DNA from: Bacilli bacterium
GTDB lineage: Bacteria; Bacillota_I; Bacilli_A; ML615J-28; CAG-698
DNA: 64,000 nt
Reading direction: 5' to 3'
NCBI GenBank assembly: GCA_050953065.1
Contig: JBMNLZ010000002.1
Span: forward strand, 160,001-224,000
Made by a program: the position numbers and the translations under genes
Part shown: piece after piece, positions 40,891-48,644 of the stretch
Numbering within the stretch: position 1 is the stretch's first letter
How the letters are laid out: every line of letters begins with the position of its first letter
The notes under the pieces: generated by a model
The model's database searches: none
Told to the model about the DNA's origin: nothing
Seen by the model: the letters and a program-made list of their open reading frames with translations, nothing else

Positions 40891-42493
40891 AAATTGACCT
40901 ATCTTTTTTTGTATAAATTGTAATGTTGTTTTGATTCTTATATATAATAGTAAAGATTTCATCTTTTACTTCTTCAATATGAGCATATCTATAAAGAAGT
41001 TCTAGTGAAAGAAGTCCGTTCATTTTAACTAAATATTCATATAACTCTTTTCTTCTTTTTCTAGTTATATTATGTTCCCACCAAATTTTAGGTTTGATTT
41101 TAAACTTTGTTAGATAGTCTTGTTTTATTATATATAGAAGAGTTTCTTTCTTTTTAGTTTTTACTGTTTTATAAATGTTTTGAGTAACTTCTTCAAAAGA
41201 TTTTATATTATCTAGATTTTTAGCTAGAGCTAAAAATGTTTTATAAGGATTTAATTTTAGTGTTTTAAATAAATATTCCATAGTGCGTGGGAAGTTATCT
41301 TTATTATAGTAAGTATCTAAGCCCTTACAAACTATTTTTAATTCTTCAATATCTTTTTTAGATAAATACTTGTTTTGAATTACCTCATAGGGGCTTTCTT
41401 CTTCAAAAATGTATTTATGTTTTTCTTTAGTTAGACTTATTTTTGTTCCTTTTAATTCTTTTAAAAAGCCAAGTTGAAGTTCTTTAGGAAAAGTTAAAAA
41501 TGTTTTATTAAAAGTCTTTTTAAAAGATTTTAAGTTTTCATAAGGAAGCCCTGCGATTAAATCAAGATGAGTTATCATGAAAGAGTTTAATTCTTTTAGG
41601 GTTCTTAAAAGAAGTTTATTATTTTGAATTCGATCAATTTCTTTTAAGGTTTTTTTATTTAAGGATTGAATTCCTATTTCAAATCTTAACATATCAGATC
41701 TAAAAGTTTTAAGTAGTTTTATCATATCTTGGTTGATATAATCGCCGATTACTTCAAATTGAAAGGTTGTATGGTTGTTGTCGTTTGCTTTAATATAGTT
41801 TAAGATTGCAAGAGTATATTCAGCGTTTACATTAAAACTTCTATCAAGAAATTTGATTATTTTAACCTTTTCTTTTAGTAAAAATGAGATCTCTTCTTTT
41901 AGTTTTTCTAGTGAAAAAAATCTTACTGGTTTATCAGTTGAAGCCATACAATAGCTACAATTAAAATAACAGCCACGGCTACTTTCGATATAAGCAATTC
42001 TATTTTTAAAGTCTTTGTTTAAGTTGTGAGAGTGTTTTATTTTTGAAATATCTGGTTTTTTATCGAAACTAAAAAAGGCTTTATTTAAGATTTTATAGTA
42101 TAAATTAGGGACTTCATTTAAAGGTTTTTTGTTTATTATAGCATCAACTAAAAAGTTAAAGCTTTCTTCACCCTCACCTTTTATAATATATGAAACGCCA
42201 TAATCAAGTAGGAAATATTCACTAGAATAAGTTACTTCTGGACCACCTAAAAGGATGGAATAGTTTTTAAGATTAGGTAGAAGTTCTTTAACTTTTTCAA
42301 CATTCCAAATATAAACAGAAAAACCTAATAGGTCGGGGTTATACTTGTTTATGTAGTCTATTATTTTTTTATTGTCGTCTTTAATGCTATATTCAATAAA
42401 GTCGCATGAATAGTTGCTATTAGCAACTATTTGGTAGATTCCATAGGCAGGATGAATATATTTAGCATTGATTCCTATTAGTAAAATTTTCAT
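40889..42493 (-). CDS. B12-binding-domain radical SAM protein (DUF4080 type)
   Basis: INAKYIH, FSVYIWN, GGPEV, ESSRGCYFNCSYC, HLDLIAGLP. Confidence 0.88.
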   Translation of the reverse strand: MKILLIGINAKYIHPAYGIYQIVANSNYSCDFIEYSIKDDNKKIIDYINKYNPDLLGFSVYIWNVEKVKELLPNLKNYSILLGGPEVTYSSEYFLLDYGVSYIIKGEGEESFNFLVDAIINKKPLNEVPNLYYKILNKAFFSFDKKPDISKIKHSHNLNKDFKNRIAYIESSRGCYFNCSYCMASTDKPVRFFSLEKLKEEISFLLKEKVKIIKFLDRSFNVNAEYTLAILNYIKANDNNHTTFQFEVIGDYINQDMIKLLKTFRSDMLRFEIGIQSLNKKTLKEIDRIQNNKLLLRTLKELNSFMITHLDLIAGLPYENLKSFKKTFNKTFLTFPKELQLGFLKELKGTKISLTKEKHKYIFEEESPYEVIQNKYLSKKDIEELKIVCKGLDTYYNKDNFPRTMEYLFKTLKLNPYKTFLALAKNLDNIKSFEEVTQNIYKTVKTKKKETLLYIIKQDYLTKFKIKPKIWWEHNITRKRRKELYEYLVKMNGLLSLELLYRYAHIEEVKDEIFTIIYKNQNNITIYTKKDRSI

Positions 42494-42831
42494 TTGAAAA
42501 ACTCCTTTTAGAATTTATAAAACAATTATAACATAAGTTTTCAAAAAATTATATCTAAAAAGCATCTAAAATGTTATAATAAATGTGTAATAAAAAACCT
42601 TTAAAAAACAAAAGATTTATTTAAGAGAAATTATAATAAATAAGATTAGGTAATTTTTCAAGATTTTATAATTAATAAGGTAGTAGCATTTGTAATGTTA
42701 AAGGTTCCTAGGTTAATTGGAATAGGCAGTGGTGGTAAAACAGCTAGAAGAGTATGGTATACCAAAGCGAGACTTACAGTAGGCTTTACAAAATTGATGA
42801 GTGAAATATTAGATTTTTTAGGAAGATAAAT

Positions 42832-44457
42832 ATGGAAAAATTGAAAATAGAAAAATGGAAAATGGATTATTTTGGTCCAGCAATAATTAATAATAATCTA
42901 TCTTTAGCAGTAAGAAGGTATTTTAAGAGTTTGTGTGTTGAAGGAAATAATGAAGAAATAGTAAAACAAACTTTATTTGAAGCTTTTAAGCCGATGTTAG
43001 ATTTTCAGGATTTAGAAGTTAGATTAGAATTTTATTTAACTTATACTACAATATTATGGACATATGGAATTTTAGATGATGAGATATTAAAAACTACACT
43101 TTCGTTATTAGAAGAAAGCAATTATATTGGTGTATGGGCAGTTAGAGGCACTCAAGAAGAAAAAGAAAAAAGGAAAAAATATTTAGATGAATGGGTAAAG
43201 AAAGTTACATCGCCTAATCCTAAACCTAAAAAAATGCCTTTTTATAAAAAGACACTAGATATTTCTTTTGCTGAAGACGGAGACATATTTGCATATCAAA
43301 TAGGGACTAGTATAGAATCAAGATATATTGGTTATAGTTATAGCAAAGAAGAGTTATTGGAAAGAGGCTGGATAGGAAAGTGGATTGCCTTTCAACAAGA
43401 AGATAGATTGCCACGCCTATCATTAAATGGCGCTACAACTTTATTAATACCTTATTTTGTTTGTTCAAGTAAACTTTTTGATAATAAACCAACAGTTGAA
43501 GAGTTTTTAGATTCGCATTTACTACCTTTACGAATACCGCCGATTGCTTTTGATAATAGGGTAACAAAAATGCCTAAAAAAATAATTGGAGCAAATATTT
43601 CTGGTATGAAAGCAGAGGGGAGGACTTACGGTATATGGTATAGGTTGCCTCTTGATAATCAAACAAAATTAAAAAAAATAGATGATATTGTGTATATAGG
43701 AAATGGACAGATTAATAAAAATAGGTCAAGATTTGAAAAAAGACCTACTGATAAACCATATGAAGTTGGTTCAATTAATGCAGGGGATGTTTATGCCAAT
43801 GATTATTTAGAAACAATTTTAAGTGAATTCATAAGAGAAGGATTAGAATATTGGGACGGATATGATTTTGATACTTCACCTCTTTTCAACGAACAAATAG
43901 ATATGAGAGTTTTAGAAGGTGAGAGTGAAATGATTTTTCATTTAAAAGAAGATGACACTTATGAATTAGCTCTTTATACATCAAATAAGAGTGATGTTAT
44001 TATCCCTTCTAAATATAATAATAAGGCTGTAACAAGTATCGCTAAAGATGTTTTTAATGGAAATAGCGACATAGAAAGCATTACAATTCCTGGTAGTATA
44101 AAAACGATAGGTAGAATGGCCTTTATGGGATGTAAGAACTTAAAAGAAGTAAAGTTAGAAGAAGGATTAATCAAAATTGATACAGCTGCATTTATGGACT
44201 GTGTTAATTTAATTAAAATAAATATCCCTGATGGTGTAAAAATAATTGCAAATACAGCTTTTGCTTGTTGTACAAACTTGACTGAAATAAACATACCTTT
44301 GAGTGTAGAAACAATTGGTGAATATGCTTTCACACAAATTAAACCAAAACTAACAATTTATATTGAAGCAGAAGAAATTCCAAACACTTGGGACAAACTT
44401 TGGAATAAATCTAATTGCGTTTATGAGTTAGGTTATAAAAACAAAATAATACAGTAA
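42832..44457 (+). CDS. Fusion of an N-terminal immunity-like domain (DUF4259/Imm26-like) and C-terminal BspA-type LRR_5 repeats
   Basis: N-terminal FYL....LW.YG.L...W...KRKK.L..V.SP.PKPK...GDIFAYQ pattern; C-terminal I.IP.SIKTIG..AF.GC.NL repeats. Confidence 0.65.
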   Translation: MEKLKIEKWKMDYFGPAIINNNLSLAVRRYFKSLCVEGNNEEIVKQTLFEAFKPMLDFQDLEVRLEFYLTYTTILWTYGILDDEILKTTLSLLEESNYIGVWAVRGTQEEKEKRKKYLDEWVKKVTSPNPKPKKMPFYKKTLDISFAEDGDIFAYQIGTSIESRYIGYSYSKEELLERGWIGKWIAFQQEDRLPRLSLNGATTLLIPYFVCSSKLFDNKPTVEEFLDSHLLPLRIPPIAFDNRVTKMPKKIIGANISGMKAEGRTYGIWYRLPLDNQTKLKKIDDIVYIGNGQINKNRSRFEKRPTDKPYEVGSINAGDVYANDYLETILSEFIREGLEYWDGYDFDTSPLFNEQIDMRVLEGESEMIFHLKEDDTYELALYTSNKSDVIIPSKYNNKAVTSIAKDVFNGNSDIESITIPGSIKTIGRMAFMGCKNLKEVKLEEGLIKIDTAAFMDCVNLIKINIPDGVKIIANTAFACCTNLTEINIPLSVETIGEYAFTQIKPKLTIYIEAEEIPNTWDKLWNKSNCVYELGYKNKIIQ

Positions 44458-44622
44458 CTAGTAAATGTTGTTGTCCTTGAGGGGGTTACTTCAATGGGTT
44501 CAAATGTCTTTAGGGGGTGTAGTAGTCTAACAATATACTGTGAATCAAGTTGTCAGCCAGATAGTTGGGATAGCAATTGGAATAAAAGCAATATACCTGT
44601 AGTGTGGGAGTATGTAGGTTAG
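44458..44622 (+). pseudogene. Orphan LRR repeat plus C-terminal cap, in frame behind the stop codon of 42832..44457
   Basis: Manual translation LVNVVVLEGVTSMGSNVFRGCSSLTIYCESSCQPDSWDSNWNKSNIPVVWEYVG*. Confidence 0.8.
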
Positions 44623-44677
44623 AAACAGAAAAAACTTTACAAATGACTGTAAAGAAATAAAATAAGTTATTTTAAAA

Positions 44678-44720
44678 AAGGTGAAGCATTTAGGATCAAT
44701 AATCCATAATGCTTCACTTT
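44678..44720 (+). terminator. Hairpin/terminator upstream of the PFOR promoter
   Basis: AAGGTGAAGCATT...AATGCTTCACTTT inverted repeat. Confidence 0.65.
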
Positions 44721-44795
44721 TATATTAAAGTTTTTATTTAAGTATACGTTTTAGTGTATGCGAATAATAAAAATTGTAAAAAGAGATAATCTCGC

Positions 44796-44824
44796 TTGTT
44801 TAATTTTGATGGTTGTGTTATAAT
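44796..44824 (+). promoter_or_regulatory. Sigma-A promoter of PFOR
   Basis: TTGTTT-17 nt-TATAAT with an extended -10 TG. Confidence 0.6.
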
Positions 44825-44869
44825 GCTATAGGTTAGAAATTAAGTATTTAAAAAAATGGAGGTTTAAAT

Positions 44870-47800
44870 ATGTCTAAAAAAGTTTTTGATTCAATGGATG
44901 GGAACCAAGCTGCGGCGTATGCATCGTATGCATTTACTGAATTAGCTGGAATTTATCCTATCACACCATCATCACCTATGGCTGAGTATGTTGATGATTG
45001 GGCAAGTAAAGGAAAGAAGAATTTATTTGGAGCGCCAGTTAAGGTTGTTGAAATGCAATCTGAAGCAGGTGCTGCTGGTACAGTTCATGGTTCTTTACAA
45101 GCAGGTGCACTTACTACTACTTATACAGCAAGTCAAGGATTACTACTTAAGATTCCTAACATGTATAAGATTGCAGGGGAATTGTTACCTGGTGTTATTC
45201 ATGTAACTGCAAGAAGTCTTGCAGCTCAAGCCTTATCAATCTTTGGAGATCACCAAGATGTTATGGCAGCAAGACAAACTGGCTTTGCAATGCTTGCAAC
45301 ATCAAGTGTGCAAGAAGTAATGGATTTAGCTGGAGTTGCACATTTAGCTGCAATTAAATCAAGTGTTCCATTTATGCATTTCTTTGATGGCTTTAGAACA
45401 AGTCATGAAATTCAAAAAATTGAAGTAATGGATTATGCAGTATTTGATAGACTATTAGACAAAGATGCAGTAAAAGCTTTTAAAGATAGAGCACTTAATC
45501 CTAATAATCCAGTAACACGTGGTTCTGCTCAAAATGATGATGTATATTTCCAAACTCGTGAAGCTCAAAATAAATATTATGCAAAAATACCTGCTATTGT
45601 TGAAGAATATATGACAGAGATTTCAAAAGTAACAGGAAGACATTATGCTCCATTTGTATATTACGGAGCCAAAGATGCTACTGATATTATTATAGCAATG
45701 GGTTCTGTAAATGAATGTATTAAAGAAGTTGTTGACTATTTAACTAGCAAAGGTAAAAAAGTTGGTTTAGTAATAGTTCATTTATATCGTCCTTTCTCAG
45801 TTGAACATTTAATGAAAGTTTTACCTGAAACAGTAAAACGTATTGCTGTATTAGATAGAACTAAAGAACAAGGTTCAGTTGGTGAACCGCTATACTTAGA
45901 TGTTAAAGCTGCATTTTATGGTCAAAAGAAAACTCCATTAATTATTGGTGGAAGATATGGCTTAAGTAGTAAGAATACTACTCCTGGTCAAATCTTTGCA
46001 GTATATGACAATTTAAAGAAAGGTGAACAAGCACTTGATGGTTTTACAATTGGAATTGAAGATGATGTTACAAATCTTTCACTACCAGTTGAAAAAGAAA
46101 TCAATGTTGCAGGAAGCGGAACATCGCAATTAATTTTCTACGGTTTAGGAAGTGATGGAACTGTAGGTGCTAATAAAAATACAATTAAACTTATTGGTGA
46201 GGCTACTGATTATTATGCTCAAGCTTATTTCGCATATGATTCTAAAAAATCAGGTGGAGTTACAAGAAGCCATTTACGTTTTGGTAAAAACCCTATTCGT
46301 TCAACTTACCTTGTAACTGAGGCAGATTTTATTTCTTGTTCACTTGATACATTTACTGAAAAATATGATATGCTTAAGTATTTAAAGAAAGGTGGAACAT
46401 TCTTACTTAATACTGTAAGAAATGCAGAAGAAGTAGTTGAGTTTTTACCTAATTCATTTAAAAAAGCTTTAGCTGATAAGAAAGCAAAATTCTATATCAT
46501 TGATGCTATTTCTTTAGCAATCAAAATTGGTTTAGGACATAGAACTAATACAATTATGCAATCTGCTTTCTTTAAATTAAATGAACAAATTATGCCTTAT
46601 ACTGAAGCTCAAAAATTAATGAAAGAATATGCTTATAAATCTTACATTAAAAAAGGCGAAGAAATTGTTAATTTAAACTATAAAGCAATTGATCAAGGTG
46701 CTAAGAAACTTAAGAGAGTTACAGTTGATAAAGCATGGAGCACTTTACCAATTGAAGAAAAAGTTGAAGATCCAAATAGAATGGAATTTGTAAGAAAAAT
46801 TGCTGATCCAGTTAATGCAATGGAAGGAGAAAGCCTACCAGTTTCAGCTTTTAATGGATATGAAGATGGTACTATGGAAAATGGTACTACTGCATATGAA
46901 AGAAGATATATTGCATCGTTTGTTCCAAAATGGGATCCAAGCAATTGTATTCAATGTAACCAATGTGCCTTTGCATGTCCACATGCAGTAATTAGACCAT
47001 TCCTTGCAACGGCTGAAGAAATTAAAAATGCTCCTAAGAATGTTGTTACAATTCCTGCAATTGGAAAAGGTTATGAAGGTTTAGAATATTCAATTCAAAT
47101 TTCTGTTGCTAACTGTACTGGATGTGGTGTTTGTGTAGCACAATGTCCTGGTAAGAAAGGTGTTAAAGCATTAGACTTAGTAGCACTTGATGAAGCAAGA
47201 AAAACAGAAGCAGTAGCTGATTATTTCTTTAATGAAGTAACTTATAAAACTAATTTAATGGATATTAAAGCAAACCCTAAGAATTCTCAATTTGCAAAAC
47301 CATTATTTGAATTTTCTGGTGCTTGTGCTGGTTGTGGTGAATCTACATATATTAAAGTTATCACTCAATTATTTGGTGATAGAATGTTAGTAGCTAACGC
47401 TACAGGCTGTTCTTCAATTTATGGTGGAAGTTTCCCTTCTACTCCATATACTAAGAATGCTGAAGGTAAAGGTCCTGCATGGGCTAACTCATTATTTGAA
47501 GATAATGCTGAATTTGGTTTTGGTATGCATATGGCGGTTGAGGCTATTAGAAACCATATCGGTATGATTATGGAAGATGGCTTAAAATGTGAAAGCATAA
47601 CTCCACAACTTAAAGAATTATTTAATTCATGGCTTGCAAACAGAGATGATGCAGAGATAACTAAAGAAGTAGCTAGTGAATTAATCCCACTATTAGAAAA
47701 AAGCGATTGTCCTTCTGCTAAAGAATTATTAGGATATAAAAACTATCTTGTTAAACAATCTCAATGGATCTTTGGTGGAGATGGTTGGGCTTATGATATT

Positions 47801-48424
47801 GGTTATGGTGGATTAGACCATGTAATCGCTAATAATGAAGATGTTAATATTTTAGTATTAGATACAGAAGTATATTCAAATACAGGTGGACAATCATCTA
47901 AATCAAGTCCAACAGCTTCAATTGCTAAATTTACAGCTGCTGGTAAACCTGGCAAGAAAAAAGACTTAGCAGCAATTGCGATGAGTTATGGACATGTATA
48001 TGTTGCTCAAATCGCACATGGTGCAAGTCAAATGCAAATGCTTAAAGCAATTAAAGAAGCAGAAAGTTATAAAGGACCTTCTTTAATCATTGCATATTCA
48101 CCTTGTATTAACCATGGTATTAGAACTGGAATGGGTTCTACTCAACAACAAGCTGCTTTAGCTGTTGAATGTGGATATTGGAATTTATTTAGATTCGATC
48201 CACGTCTTTCAGCCGAAGGTAAAAATCCATTTATAATTGATTCTAAAGAACCACAATGGGATAAATATGATGCTTTCTTAATGTCTGAAAATAGATATAG
48301 TCAATTAAAGAAAATCAATCCTGCTAAGGCTCAAGAATTATTAGAATTAAATAAATCTGAGGCTCAAAGAAAATATCGTATGTATCAAAGATATGCAGCG
48401 ATGGATTATTCAAACGAAGAATAA
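44870..48424 (+). CDS. nifJ: Pyruvate:ferredoxin (flavodoxin) oxidoreductase
   Basis: IYPITPSSPM, CIQCNQCAFACP, CTGCGVCVAQCP, FSGACAGCGE, GGDGWAYDIG. Confidence 0.98.
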   Translation: MSKKVFDSMDGNQAAAYASYAFTELAGIYPITPSSPMAEYVDDWASKGKKNLFGAPVKVVEMQSEAGAAGTVHGSLQAGALTTTYTASQGLLLKIPNMYKIAGELLPGVIHVTARSLAAQALSIFGDHQDVMAARQTGFAMLATSSVQEVMDLAGVAHLAAIKSSVPFMHFFDGFRTSHEIQKIEVMDYAVFDRLLDKDAVKAFKDRALNPNNPVTRGSAQNDDVYFQTREAQNKYYAKIPAIVEEYMTEISKVTGRHYAPFVYYGAKDATDIIIAMGSVNECIKEVVDYLTSKGKKVGLVIVHLYRPFSVEHLMKVLPETVKRIAVLDRTKEQGSVGEPLYLDVKAAFYGQKKTPLIIGGRYGLSSKNTTPGQIFAVYDNLKKGEQALDGFTIGIEDDVTNLSLPVEKEINVAGSGTSQLIFYGLGSDGTVGANKNTIKLIGEATDYYAQAYFAYDSKKSGGVTRSHLRFGKNPIRSTYLVTEADFISCSLDTFTEKYDMLKYLKKGGTFLLNTVRNAEEVVEFLPNSFKKALADKKAKFYIIDAISLAIKIGLGHRTNTIMQSAFFKLNEQIMPYTEAQKLMKEYAYKSYIKKGEEIVNLNYKAIDQGAKKLKRVTVDKAWSTLPIEEKVEDPNRMEFVRKIADPVNAMEGESLPVSAFNGYEDGTMENGTTAYERRYIASFVPKWDPSNCIQCNQCAFACPHAVIRPFLATAEEIKNAPKNVVTIPAIGKGYEGLEYSIQISVANCTGCGVCVAQCPGKKGVKALDLVALDEARKTEAVADYFFNEVTYKTNLMDIKANPKNSQFAKPLFEFSGACAGCGESTYIKVITQLFGDRMLVANATGCSSIYGGSFPSTPYTKNAEGKGPAWANSLFEDNAEFGFGMHMAVEAIRNHIGMIMEDGLKCESITPQLKELFNSWLANRDDAEITKEVASELIPLLEKSDCPSAKELLGYKNYLVKQSQWIFGGDGWAYDIGYGGLDHVIANNEDVNILVLDTEVYSNTGGQSSKSSPTASIAKFTAAGKPGKKKDLAAIAMSYGHVYVAQIAHGASQMQMLKAIKEAESYKGPSLIIAYSPCINHGIRTGMGSTQQQAALAVECGYWNLFRFDPRLSAEGKNPFIIDSKEPQWDKYDAFLMSENRYSQLKKINPAKAQELLELNKSEAQRKYRMYQRYAAMDYSNEE

Positions 48425-48441
48425 TTTATAAATAATCTAAT

Positions 48442-48479
48442 AGGCGAAGTAAAATAAACACTTTACTTCGCCTTTTTTT
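48442..48479 (+). terminator. PFOR terminator
   Basis: AGGCGAAGTAAA...TTTACTTCGCCT then a T run. Confidence 0.88.
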
Positions 48480-48490
48480 AATATTAATAG

Positions 48491-48505
48491 TTATAATTAT
48501 TATAA
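48491..48505. promoter_or_regulatory. PerR/Fur-type 7-1-7 box overlapping a TATAAT
   Basis: TTATAATTATTATAA matches the B. subtilis Per box TTATAATnATTATAA; AT-rich background lowers certainty. Confidence 0.4.
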
Positions 48506-48524
48506 TTGAAAGTTATTTTTTTCA

Positions 48525-48590
48525 TATGTTAGAAAAAGTGTAATCATATCACACTTTTATGTTGGAAAAAGTGTAATAGCAATACACTTT
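48525..48590. repeat. Two tandem 33-bp repeats, each a hairpin
   Basis: TATGTTAGAAAAAGTGTAATCATATCACACTTT and TATGTTGGAAAAAGTGTAATAGCAATACACTTT; 27/33 identical. Confidence 0.85.
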
Positions 48591-48606
48591 TTTTAAGGAA
48601 TAAGAA

Positions 48607-48636
48607 AAACATCCTTTAAAAATTTTAAGGATGTTT
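48607..48636 (-). terminator. Terminator of def-rnj
   Basis: AAACATCCTT...AAGGATGTTT with an A run on its left side. Confidence 0.75.
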
Positions 48637-48644
48637 GAAATCTT

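Noticed and set aside
40052-44622. Diversity-generating retroelement (TR/VR pair)
   Set aside because: The cap copies differ at all base types, not only adenines, are too divergent at DNA level, and no reverse transcriptase is present.
48484-48525. Minus-strand 13-codon ORF MKKITFNYNNYNY
   Set aside because: No RBS and low complexity; expected by chance in AT-rich DNA.
48525-48590. Mini CRISPR array or integron attC sites
   Set aside because: The two 33-bp units are directly adjacent with no spacer, there are no cas or integrase genes in the window, and no RYYYAAC...GTTRRRY boundaries.
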